A stretch of 64,000 nt of DNA from Lepidodermella squamata. Taxonomy: Eukaryota > Animalia > Gastrotricha. The notes under the pieces are model-generated. The model did not search any database. It had not been told where the DNA came from and saw only the letters and a program-made list of their open reading frames with translations. The stretch covers positions 868,001 to 932,000 of the forward strand of contig JBLDXI010000004.1 of assembly GCA_047495785.1 (NCBI GenBank), given 5' to 3'. Numbering within the stretch: position 1 is the first letter of the stretch; the number at the start of each line of letters is the position of its first letter. Shown one piece after another: positions 35,896 through 48,558 of the stretch. A program made the translations under genes and the position numbers.

Positions 35896-38800
35896 CAACA
35901 TCTGGTGCCCATGGCGTTTACAGCCTTAGTCAGGAGTAGGACCTCTATCTTAAAACTAGCTCTATGTTCAAAACTGTCTGCAAAACAGCACGCGTTTTCG
36001 TTTTGTTCCTAATTCCTAAATCAATTCTGGAAAAGGCGATTGAATAGTATGCCTAGGCGCGTGCCAGACTTGTTTATCATTTTCACCGGCACATAAACAT
36101 ATTTTTCCTTTTTTATTCAGATTCAAAATCCAAAATACATTTGATTATATTTCAACCGTTAAACTAAACCGCTCGATATAGATTTGGGTTATATAAGTAT
36201 TTAATATGAATAATTAATATGAATAATTAATCGCGAATGGATGACTCATTTTTGTTGCTTAAAAAAGCCCCTTTTCCCCATCCACGGAGCCTCAGCCCAA
36301 AGCGAAGGTGGGTGCTACGGCGTCGAGTTCAGCCCTAATTTAGGAAAACATCTACAGAAATTTGATCCTTGCCTCGCATGTCTGTCTGTGTATTTTCAAC
36401 CGTCTGGCGATATCGATTTCAGTCCGCTGTCTTACTCGCCAATAAACAAAACTTATTTCGCAAAACGTTGTATCTCATCACGTTGCAAATAAAAAAATGG
36501 CTTTAAATGTATACCTTATTATAGTGTTAAACACTTTGATCCTTTCAACAGCATGTCTAAGTAAGTTTTTTGGCGGAATTTTTACAAATTTTACATTTAT
36601 TTCATTAAGAATCAGCGCGAGAAACATTCACGGCTGATATGATATGCAAAATAGCTGGGAAAAGGCTCGGTTGCCGCTTGCCCCAAATGAACCACCTCGA
36701 ATTCCGAACTGCAATGACGAATATTGTCAACCGCATGGCCCGGACAAAAAAGTTTGAGTAAATTAACATTGTAAATTCCTGTATTCTTGTGTAAATTGCA
36801 GTTTATTTGGGTTTTTTCATGTCAGCAAATCAGGAACCAGCTCAGTGATCCGGAATTCAGCGTTGTAAAACAGGGTTTTTCGTTTTTCGGCCGAGAAACT
36901 TCATGGAAATTCGTGTAAACCCTGAAATTCGGTCTTGTAAACTCATGGATTTTCGTCCTTCAGTTATTTCTTCGATGTATTTCAATGGAAGCTGAACGAT
37001 TTTTCGACTGGAATATCCTCACATGATTTTACATCCGGAAAAAGACGTTGTATTCTCATGTAAGAAGATCGATTGAATAAAAACTAAATTATTTTTCAAC
37101 ATTCAGCCGCGATTTATCTCATTTTGCGGCTCGAATTTTGAAGAACGTGTCGCAAATAGCCTCACACGAAATTACACGAATGCGAATTTCACAGAATTGC
37201 ATGAGAATTTGAACTCATTATATTTCCGGAGAAAACAGAGTGGTTACACGAAAATACACGGAGAAAAAAATAATGAATATTGCCAAATTTTGCTCAAGAA
37301 ACCACCGTGTAAATTCATGTAGATTGATTGTGAAAAAAGGGTTGAACAATGACAAGTTTCTCATCGAATTTGGGTATTTTTCGCAAAAAAGGAGTTTAGG
37401 TGCGGTAAAAATTCCAAAAATCCCAAATTGTAAAAACAAATTGGGTCAAGAATGATAGATTTTATTAAATTTTACAAAACTTTCAAGTCGTGTAGTGAAG
37501 TCGTGTATAGTGCGCAGTATGAGCGATCAGGCAACCAAAAAATGTCGCAGTTAGCGAATAAAATGACGAGCGCACTCAAATGCTACGGTCTTTCTTAAGA
37601 AGGCTTCATTTCTTCAGGTTGAATATGCTGAAAAATAGAAAAATTCCTGATTTTGCCTGTTCTAGTCATGTTCATAATTTTTCGAAATTTAAAGCAAAGT
37701 TCGGCGGTATTCTATAAATTTTGTATTTTTAAGCTGGCGATGAACTGAGAGTTTTTTTCGCCTGTTTCGAGGTTTTTGGTGACTGGCAATATTGCTTTCG
37801 AAGTGAAACAACCAATGTTCAGATTCAGGGTAAAAATAAGTTATGCTCGATATCAGGGTACATCGATGAATCGGGCTTCTTCAAAGTCTCAAATTTAGAC
37901 CTTAAATCACAAATGCCTATCGAGTGACCTATATATTTTAAATTCCTTATTGTAAATTAATAATTTTTGCGAGTCATCTTCGAGTCGGCTATATTCTCTG
38001 ATTGCTCCTTTGTCGCTTGTTCAGACTGTTTCTGTCAATCTTCGATCAGAACTTTATTGAAAAATCTTGAATTAACTTTAATATGTAATGGGAATTCCAA
38101 ACCAAAGCAAACGGTCAATCTTGAAAATTATGGGTTTCATTTATAATTAACGGTAAAATTGATAGCTTGAATTGGAGAAGCTGGAGAAAATTAATGATGA
38201 TAAATCAATAGAAAAATTTCAGAAAAAGAATTCAGTTATTTGCGAAATTCAAGGCTTAAATTCAGGGCTTTCTCCTAAAATAATTTAGTAGTACTCTGCT
38301 CAGGGTAAAGTCGGTATGGGATTGAAATGTGGCACAAGGCACAAGTATCAGAACAAAAATAATTCAAAAATAATGAATTTTCGAAATTATTTTGGTACTA
38401 CTGCTAGTGAATTTGCTAATAAATATCAGGAGAAAAAATTCCTATAAATTCTAGCCAGTAAAATCCCACCAGCATTTAAAATTTAAATAATAATAATAAT
38501 AACAAACATAATTATTAATTATTATACAGGCTCCACATGAGCGAAAAAATTGACGGGAAAGGTGGCAAAAAATATCTCAAGAAAAGGTAAAAATTCGAAA
38601 AAATGGATATAATCTATTTTCATAATTTTAAAGACGGTATTCGGTTTCCAGGGCTGAAACTGATGAAAGATGATCGCAATCAAACTAGGAGTTCTTTTTA
38701 TCTAATAGCAAATTTTCTTGATTTTAATTTTCGCAAAATCAGCCAAACTTCAATCCAAATCCAAGAAAAATTCTCGAAAAACGTCAAGCTTGAGTTTTGT

Positions 38801-39554
38801 TTTTTAAAAATTTCAGAGCGTGCCTTCGACTTAACTAAGTGCCCAGCAAATAAAAGAGCTGCGGATGGATTTACATGTCACGAGAAAATCCCTTGTAAAT
38901 TGGAGAGGGATAAAAAAATTGAGGAAAAAATGAAATAAAAACTAATTTTAAATGAAGCGGGCCATGTGTTACGTGTCATCTGGCACGTGCGCCTTAAGAC
39001 AAACTCAGCGGAATGAGAACAACACAGCTATTCACTATTTTTCCGTCGTTTAAAATCAGGTCAACTTTTTATTTCATGTATCTCGCTTTTTGATTGAAAA
39101 ACAGGCTGTTGGCTGTTCTACATACCTCGTTTCGTTTGCGAGGTCAAAGGTAAGCAGGCAAAGTAAATAATTCTCCACATTGATTTATTGCCCGTTATGA
39201 TTAATTGGCCGCTTCTCGTCGGTACTGGGACTTCCGGCAATTTTCGGATTTTACGGAAATGGCCCCGCGAGTATTCCAGCTTGTCGAAGCCAACTATTTC
39301 TACTTCTACCTGAGTAAGTAATAATTTCGACAGGTAATTGCAAAGTAGATGACTCGCATTCGCGCTTACTAATCCTATTTATCGACCCTCGGCTTAATAG
39401 CATAATTTCATTCATTATTAGTATCTTTCTCTGGGGTTTAAATTTTTGAAATTTGCCATCTCTTCGAAGCTGCTTAGTCTCAACGTGTTTCCACGGAATT
39501 ATTTCAAATTTATATAATTATTCATATTTTTTATTTATACATTTATGAATAATA

Positions 39555-39929
39555 CAGCGTGTTCCAAAAATTGCGCAAATATTTTTTAATTTCAAAACAT
39601 TTTGAAGGAAATTTAACTAATTTCTAAAAATTGATCCAACCGAGAGAATATTCCTTTTACCCGCGATTTAACCAAAGAAATGAAAATTTAATGGAGAAAA
39701 CCCGGATGGTAACTGATTCGGTAATTTTCGGTATTTAACCCGGCCGGACCAAATTTCTCCTGAATTTTCAAAATCCATTAACAAGTGACATACTTGATTA
39801 CTATTCTCGTGATTTTTGAAGTTTTCTAAAAACAGTATGGCCTTGATATGTGACTTCGTCACTCATTCTACGGCGTCTGAACCCTTTTCCAAGTATTTTC
39901 TTTGCTTGCGTTACTAATGGGACACGCTG
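39555..39929. mobile_element. Tc1/mariner-type MITE
   Basis: ta|cagcgtgttcca ... tgggacacgctg|ta. Confidence 0.75.
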
Positions 39930-41483
39930 TACATCTCGAGGATCGAATTGTTGTTGGTTGGGTGCGATATTTGGCGATAAATCAACGCATAACTATGAAT
40001 GATTTCGTCCCATGCATATGCAAAAAGCCATTCTAGCGCTTCATTTTAATCACGAGACTTGAATTTTTTTCATAATTCCGTCATACAATATCAAAATAAA
40101 TAAAGTTTTCGTTTCCTCTCTTTCAGAGAGTTTTTAACCAGTAGTTTCTTCAACCAAAATTAGAATTCTTTGAATTAAAAAGTCGGAAATCGTAAGTCGT
40201 CGAAATGTCATGTTTTTGTGTAATAATTTAATCTAAAATTATTATGTGAAATTCTAGAGCATTTGTCATAGAGTTTTTCCGGTTTTTCATATTTTATTAA
40301 AAATAAATAATTAGTCCATTTTTCTGAAACTTAGTCTCTCAGCGATGGCCCTCGATTTCTCGCATCTCGAATTTCCTGCAACGTGGTGAGTTAAAATCTA
40401 CCTTAAAATAAGTAATTAAGTTAATAATTCGCTTTTCTCTCCTGCCGAATTTTGCTGTGGAGCTATGGAACGATCGTGGAGAAAAACGAACCTGAAAACA
40501 AACTGCACTGAGGTGAGAAGTTTCAGGCAATTTTTGAGACCAATTATAATCGAAATAGTTAATAAAAAATGCTAATTAATTTCTAGGCGATTGAAGCTTG
40601 CACTCACCCTCATTAGGCTAGAACAATTTCTAGGATAATTTCTGCATCTATTATCTATTTTGAAAGCAAAATTAAATTAAGAAAAATTCCCGATTACAAT
40701 ATTTCTTCGACTGATCCCTGCAAATAATCGGTTATCGGTCCTGAGAACTTCAGAATTTGTGAATTTCAAAAAATGGAGTAATGCGTTATAAAGTGTTAGC
40801 GGCTGTTTCCAAAATAACAGAAATTAAAACTATAAATGTTATCTAAAATAAATTTGTTGAGGAGCTTGATATAATTTTGGCGGACATAGTCATCCAATTC
40901 AGTTGATTTGTCAAACGTTTAATTTTCAGGAATGTAATTGCTCGGCTGCTGACGCTGATTGAGGCAAATGTCCTGATGCTGCTGATTTTGAAATTCAGGT
41001 GATCATACGTCGATGTCACGTTGCTACTACAACTACATTTTCGGTTACTTTCAGCTGAATCCTGTTGCTGAAGCTGTTCATGTTAGGCTGAATTCCTGGC
41101 TGTTCGTCATGGGTCATTGGCCGCATTTTAGCGCAAAAGATGCGCCAAGGAACAGGCAATAAAATAACGATTTTTCTCGATTTTATTGCTTTACGCGAAA
41201 TCTGTGAAATTCGATATTTTCATGAAAAATGCCGTTGTAGTGAAAATCTTCATTTCTGTGGAAATTGCTATTTTCATGCTGTTTTAATGCTGCCATTTTT
41301 GCGCTTATCGCACCAGTTTTCACGATTTTTCTCCCATTTTTTCGAATTATGTGTGAAAAATGTGTTTTCCTACGTTTTGCTGTGCCTGTGTGGTTACACG
41401 GAATTACACGATGTTCCTCGAGTTTTTGTGCCATTTTCGCGCAGTCTGTGTGAAAAATGCTATATTTTTGAGCCATCTCTCTG

Positions 41484-41721
41484 CGCTTCCACGGAATTAC
41501 ACGGAGTTCTGAGTCTGGTTGATTTCGCCGGAAACGCTGGAAAAACTTGTCTTGACTTGCTTTTCTCGGCTGAATCTTCTTACATGAGTTTACAACGGCG
41601 AAATGTCGTTGAAATCTCAAGTTTGACGATTCAGCTGGGAGAAGCAAGTCAAGACAAGTTTTTCCGGCGATTCCGGCGAAATCAACCAGACTCAGAACTC
41701 CGTGTAATTCCGTGGAAGCGC
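41484..41721. repeat. ~78-bp-arm inverted repeat
   Basis: gcgcttccacggaattacacggagttctgagtctgg... mirrored at 41643-41721. Confidence 0.9.
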
Positions 41722-42720
41722 AGGGCGAACGGCAGCCAAATATGGCCTAATTGTAAATTCATGTGAGCTGAATCAATAAAATGATCATGTAAATTCATAG
41801 GACTCGTTACCATTTCTCCCTGATTTTACAGCAAAATACACGGACGTGTTTTCACCCCATTTACACGAGTTTACAACATGAAACTTTTTAGTCCGGGGGA
41901 CGCGGCGAAAGCTAGAGCCGACGCCTTCGCGAAGTGCGTCATATCGGCGGTTTCCAGCGACCGCGTCATGCGGCTGGCCTACCACCAGGACGTTTGCGTT
42001 CGCCGCATTCTAGGCGAAGAAATGCGCTCACCGCGCTCATCAGCTTCTGCTAGAGTTGTGGCTTTTAAAAATCTATTCAATCAAGCTTAACATATCAATA
42101 AACTTAAACATAATAGCAAGCCTGAAATCTTGCATTTGGCAGTGATAATCGAATAACAGATTTCAGGGTTGGAACTCATGGAGGACTTATATGTCAAAAA
42201 AGATGAATTAGGATGTTTGGATCGCCCGGGCCTACAGTGCGCAGTAAGATCCTCGAGCAAGGGGGTATTTTCGGGCCCGAATTTTATGACCAAAGGGTCC
42301 CCCCTGTGGTTTTTTGGGGGATTTTCCACTGTGGCCTTGTGAGCTGGGCGGTACGATACCCCACATTCCCCCCGTACTTCGCGCACTACGGGCCCAGACC
42401 GACATCTACAAAGCCGAACAAAGGGGTGAAATCGATTTCATGTTTTTAACAGCCGAAAAACGTCGAAAACACATAGAAAATTTATAAGCGAAAAATCTGC
42501 TCGCCACGTGGTTAAATGCCTAAACGTAGCCTAAATTTTATTACCGGAACGTGGAAGAAAGAAGATCATGCAGCATCATCACGGGAACATCACGGGAAAA
42601 AACAGGAGTATAGAATTAGAACTTGTTTATTCTCAAGGCAATGAAGTTAATTTTACTTCACTTTACAGCAGCTCATCTTGAACCATCAACTTGAAGAAAG
42701 AATTAGTTCAATGATCATTA

Positions 42721-45563
42721 TCATTCAACATAGGTTTCGCAAAATCCGTACTTAGCAGTAACGGCGCAAAAAGTTGGAACCAAACGTAATACCGATGGTA
42801 GACTATTATAGATTATACAATTGTTATTATTAGGTTCAGCATAAAACACAGCTGGATCGTATGTGAAAGCCGACCCGTCCGACCACTTAAGGACTCCTCC
42901 GGACTCATCTGCAGCAAGACCAACCCAGCCATTAATGGAGTAGCTTGCAATCACGGCTAGGTCGGCAGCCGTTTTAACAGTTGCCAAGATGCCATCCAGT
43001 TGCGAGCACTTTGCGGCTGCAGCCGAATGATTCAAAGTACCGCTGGGGTTATTAACATAAAACACTGTCTTTCGAGCGTTTTGACACTGCGATTCGCCAC
43101 TGAACGTAACATTTCCAGGGAAGCGTCTCTCAGTATCGGCGTCACAGCCGCTTGAGCTCGGTCGGCAGGTTACTGAACCATCAGCAGCTCGCAGGCATCG
43201 ATGGTAAGAGATCTACAAACATAAATCAATCATGTTTAGCGTTGATCGCGAACTAATTAGCGATAATATGTTACTAAAATGATTCACGCAAAATAGCAGC
43301 GTTGATTACTACCAAATACCAAACCCTGAAATATTTAAGGAAATAAACTCACAGGAGGCGATATATCATTGATGCATCTGTCGTGATTCAGGTGGAAGGT
43401 CCCCAAGTCAGAGAACAGCTTAACCTGTTATAGAAAAACTGTTGATTCCGGAAAAAGACGTGCTTTTGGTTTAGCATTATTACCGGAGTTTGATCTCGGG
43501 GGCAAGTGGCGTAGCAAGACGTTCGGTTGGATGAATCCTTGCACGAAACGGCATTCTGTTCAAAATATTTATGTGATTACCAAAAAGATAATTCGTTAGA
43601 TCAAAACTTACTCCAAGCAGGCAGCTTTCTTTATTGATGTACACCCGCGTCGAGTACTGCCGAGTTTCGTTGCTTGCGAAGCAGCCGGAGCTTTGCAGTC
43701 GGCAGTCGTTGAACCTTTCGGTCGCAGAATCGAAGCACCGAATGTGCGGCTTTTCGCTATCCGGAACAGTGACTATCATAAACAAAAATTTTAGCAGTTT
43801 TTTATCCGAATTCTTTAGTTTTTAGTTCAAGCACTAGGAACAAATTTGGAATAAACGGACATCCAGGAAATTAGGATTGGCTTTAAGTCTCCACCAAGAC
43901 AAAATTAATCCTACCTTCACTTCGGAAAATCGATATTGCACAGAAATCAAAGAGGCGAAATGGTTATAGGGTTTTTTAATCACGCCTAGGGCCCAGCTTC
44001 ATCCTTGAATGAGAAAATCATGAACCTTCTCCATTTGTACAAGCTGCGAGATTTGGATAGATCGTCGATTCAGTTACCTGTTGGCAAGAAACGATAAGAA
44101 TATGTCACATGAAAGCTCACTTTCTTGAAGTCAACATGCAGCGCAAAGTTTATATATATATTCTTGAAGCCCACGACTTCCCCTCTCCAACAATTTATTA
44201 ATTTCAAAATGTCGCAGATTACGTAACATTCATGACGCTAAAATCGATCGATCTAGCTAATGTTTGATCAGCTGCTAGCAATCACCTGTTACGTACCCCT
44301 ATAAAATTCCTTAATTATGAAAGTTCCTGGATGATCATGTTCTGCAATTTACTACTCGAAATGGAAAACTGCAAAAATATCAGGGTTTTCGCCGCGTGAA
44401 ATCGAAATTTAAAATCGCTAACCCAATTTGACGGACATGAGTACGAGTTCGGAACACAGCTCATGGTGGCATTGTTTGAGGTGCATCGTTTGAATTGCAG
44501 GTTCTGAATAAATAGATAATAGACAAGGCTGTAACAGATGGGAAACCATCTCTCCATACTGTTTTTATTCGAGGTATTATTGCGTGTCACGTGACCACAT
44601 TTTAAACAAACGAACACCCAATTCGACCATAATAATTTTATATAATTTCAAAATCAACAACAAAAAAGGGTCACATATGGTTCAATCATTTCCATTTCCT
44701 GCTAAATCTGATTTTTTTTTAATTTGGAAAAATCAGTATATCCATGTTGAAAATTTTCTCTATTGTACGATATACAATTTGTCTGCTAAATAACATTGAT
44801 TTTTAGATTGTTTTTTTATTATTATTTTCGGCCGAGCAAATTGACTTCGAATTATCTCACTGAGTTGCTTTGTTTAGAGCAAAAACAAAAAATAGTTAAG
44901 GTCAGGAAAAAGTCACTATGGAGAGATGGTTATTTTCCTATCTGTTACTGTGTTTTCTATGTAATTCATATAGAACTTAATAGAACATCACGTTTATAGA
45001 GTTTCTCCAATATTAACCTCAAATACGGCTTTGTACTTCTCGCATTCGTTGAGGTTGAATCGCAAGTTCATCATTGGGTTTGACTTGGCGAACCAGAACA
45101 ACTGAAAATAAATTAAAACCAAAGCTTCATCAATAAGTAAATTGGCACTAGATCTTACGGGTAATCTGCCCGGGTTGTTACAACCGATGTTAGCAGGCAC
45201 GCAAAATGGAGTTAGCTTCTCGTATTTGTAGCACATTCGGGCATTCTGTAATTGAGAGATATAATACTGTGAACGGTTAGATACCAATCTCACCCCACGA
45301 TTGCACACTCCGGCTCTGCGGAAAACTGGACCGAGCTAGATAATGGGAAATTCCAAGTAAAAGTGGTCGCGGATTGACAATAAAAATAAACCTACGCGGT
45401 ATTCCCGTAGTCGATCGCAGCCATCGGCAGCTGGTACGCAGTTGATGAATCGGTTGCTAAACTGCGAGAAGCACCGAACCCAGTTCAACGGCTTCCCCGC
45501 AGCAATGTCGCATGACGCCAGCACGAGTGCTAGCAGTAGTAGAGCACAGTGATACGAAATCAT
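42721..45563 (-). CDS. Paralog D: intact 4-Cys-module/CTLD gene (beta-type last exon, EPN motif)
   Basis: Exons 45563-45396, 45335-45294, 45245-45159, 45101-45018, 44503-44423, 44077-44026, 43772-43612, 43555-43484, 43424-43353, 43212-42721. All GT-AG with frame intact. Confidence 0.88.
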
Positions 45564-46159
45564 TTGAGGCGCCTTTTACTAATTGCTGATAATCCTTGTG
45601 ATTGATTGCAAGCCGGATGAAATAAAAATACAATAAAATAAATTTAGTTAGAATGAGAATTAGGAGCAGAAGCACGTAGGAAATTGGTGAAAGTTGAATG
45701 ACACAGCGCGTGCGATTTTTCGAGTAGCCACGCGTCACTCCTGTTGCTGTAATCAGGCTAGTGAAGTTAAATCAAACATTAAAAAATGCTCAAACACGGC
45801 TCTTGTTTTTGGCGACGATCAACTGCACAGTGGCTACTCGCGCGTCGGAGAGTCCATGTCGGAATTGTATAAGCTATATCATGAAATTTATTTCAACTTT
45901 AAAATATTGTGAAATTTCGCTAAATTAAAGTTTGAATTTCATTGCTCTCTTCTCTCCTCCTCCTTTGAGTTATTTTGGTCATCAGGGCTATTCGGAATAA
46001 TGTTTATGCGAGCAGTAGAGTGAGGCTTCGGCCGGATTCTAGATTAACACGACAATGCCATTGATCTAATCAGAAATTCGCGAAAATTCACTGATGAGAT
46101 TGCAATTCACGATGGAAAACATTTGAAATTGAAGTTGAGCAATTATAGTCACTCGTTGA

Positions 46160-46430
46160 GTTTTCTGACCTTCTACTCTTAAGCCGTTGATAGCAAGACA
46201 ATGGGCGATGTCTTAAAAACAACAGTCGAGAGCCTTCTTTCGAAAGGATGTAAGCTGATGAATTTGAGACATTGATGGCTTAAAAAATTAGTGAACTGGC
46301 CACTTTTGGTTCAATGTAGTCGAAATCGAACTTAATTGATAGCTCCGTGATGTCAAATAGGCTCAAGAGCTTGGCATAGATCGATCGCATGAAGCTTGTT
46401 CAACAGTCGCACCACAACCGACCGCAAAAT
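46160..46430 (-). pseudogene. Remnant H: C-terminus and 3' flank of a G-like paralog
   Basis: 46430-46363 reads AVGCGATVEQASCDRSMPSS* versus AGVSCGVTIEQALCERFMPSP* in G. 46160-46360 aligns with 63121-63375. Confidence 0.8.
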
Positions 46431-46468
46431 ATAGTATGGGGCATAAATATTGAGCCGACTTTAATTAC

Positions 46469-47246
46469 TGACAGCGCAGTCATTTCGGCTCCGATTCTCA
46501 CATATCTTATACCGTTGGAAAGCCCGTGAATTCTAGTTTATTTCGCTCAAGGAACCGAATTCAAGTTACAGCAAGTTATAACTAAGTGAGGTTTGAGCTG
46601 TAAGCTGTAAAATGACCCTAAAATGACCCAAATAGCCATGAATATGCCGACAAAGGTCATTTTCGCCTCATTTTGTGGCAGAAGAGACTTGCGCAAGCAT
46701 GCTACGGATAACAAGCTTTGGCTTTTTCACTTGCTGGCGAGCTTGCTACGTGTGTTCGTGGCTTTATTCCATCCTAAGGTTGTCCAATTCATTTTTGAAG
46801 TTGACTTCTAACCCACTGAGTTAAAAATGATCTGTCAGCTCTTCATCACTGGACTGGGGTCTCGCTTATTTTGCTAAAATTTGGAGATGTGTGCCTATAG
46901 GGTATACCTTCTTTTTCTCGCATCATGGTGTCGCAAATGGAGCATATATCAATGTCCCAAATCATTGCCAGAGATGCCTAGAGCATGCCGGGATAGTGAC
47001 GTGCCAATTTGTTAGGGTCTGGGAGCGTCCAGAGTTTGCCTTTGATGTGTACGAAAACTATTAGAATTTAAGTTTTTGAAAGATGGGGATTTTTTGTGCG
47101 ATCAACGCAACGCGGCTTCTTTAATTTGCTATAACTTGGATTCGGTCAGTATCCCTTGGGCGAATTTTAGGGCAAGAAACTATTTTTTATGGGCTTTCCA
47201 ACGGTATAGGGAGAATGAGAAACGGAGCCGGAATTACTGCGCCGTG
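46469..47246. mobile_element. MITE with ~110-bp imperfect TIRs
   Basis: gcgcagtcatttcggctccgattctca...ataccgttggaaagccc mirrored at ~47125-47246. Confidence 0.72.
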
Positions 47247-47257
47247 AATAATTGAGG

Positions 47258-48097
47258 GCACGCGACCTTCATTTTTATTCACTCATCGCCCTATCCGCCC
47301 ATTGTAATTTTTCCGATTTTTAATTATTTTCTAAAATTCCCATAGAAAGTGTTTCATTTCCCGCAAATTTCCAACAAATTTACTGGAAAACTAGAAGCGC
47401 TCCTCTATCGAATGAGCCCCGTCTCATGAGACGGTTTTTTCAAGTTTTTTAAAGAAATTTTAAAGTTGACGACTTTGACGAAAAATCGCCATTTTAAGAG
47501 TCTTACAGGACGGGAAAAAATTAACCGTAGTTCTACCGTAGAAATTGCCGTAGTTTTTCCGTAGTTTTTCCGTAGTGCTAATTTCTACCGTAGAAGCAGC
47601 AAATAGGGTCAAAAATATCAGGAAAAAATAAAAAATGCAGTGAGCGGCCGCAGTGAATCGAACCACCAATACTGATTACTCATTAAATCACCCATGCCCC
47701 CAACCAATTATGCCACCCACTACTTCACAAAGTATAAAGCGATTAACGGGCTGTTCTCGTCCTTGATAATATATTAAATAAATACCTATAAGGATCAAGG
47801 TAAGCATGGATCTACCCATGACAGACGGATAGAGGGCCCTCGGTTCTGAAACCCCGGAAGATTTCAAGCCCGCGGGGGCCCAGGGTTTAGCGGTTATGAC
47901 GCGTAAAAACGCCAAACTTTCGCGATTGCTCGCATTTTGGGCCGACTTTCCGGCCAGTTTTCAATGCCAGGGAAACTTTTCTTCGGGTTCTAACCATGAC
48001 AGACGAATAGAGGGTCCTCGGTTCTGTAACCCCGAAAGATTTCTGAAAAATCCCAATGGGTGGATAGGGCGGTATGAGTGAATAAAAAGGTCGCGTT
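47258..48097. mobile_element. MITE related to the 49456-49989 palindrome
   Basis: acgcgacctt...attcactcatcgccctatccgcccattg mirrored at 48053-48097. Internal direct repeat at ~47815 and ~47994. Confidence 0.7.
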
Positions 48098-48558
48098 TCC
48101 ACGTGTTGGTGTGAATTCAGGAAGATCGTTACCTTTCGATGTTTATTGAGTTGTCTATGTTAAAAAGAGTTAATTGTTACCAGGTCTGCTGTGCAGCCTA
48201 TGGTGTAGGATCGATATTAAACCATAAATTTGTGATATTAATTCATTTTATTCATAGTTTGTGCTAGATTACGTCCATTTTTTGTTTATTTTTTTCTTCA
48301 CAAATCATAATACCTATAATGGAAAATGCTTAAAAACTGCACTCAATCGAGAGAAACACGGACTTGAACTCTTCAACACGCGCCGAAAAAAACGGGCACG
48401 TGACAAGTTCAATATCGCACCACAAGGAGTGTCGCCATAAAAAATATCGAAAAAAACAACATTAACAACGCACCGTCATTCACGATTCATTCGATACAAT
48501 TTAAAAAAAATTCACATTGTAACATTTTAACTGATTTTTTCCAAAGCTCATTCGATCA

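Larger units (their letters stand above)
36739..41898. mobile_element. Possible decayed ~5-kb DNA transposon with subterminal repeats
   Basis: cccggacaaaaaagttt vs aaactttttagtccggg ends. tgtaaattcatg/ttacacg-type repeats cluster near both ends. No intact ORF. Confidence 0.4.

Noticed and set aside
35900-41100. Short ORFs in the AT-rich interval
   Set aside because: No motifs, splice-consistent exons or family similarity that I could support.
41140-41766. 208-aa and 154-aa overlapping ORFs sharing a peptide
   Set aside because: The shared peptide comes from the 41484-41721 inverted repeat; this is non-coding repeat DNA.
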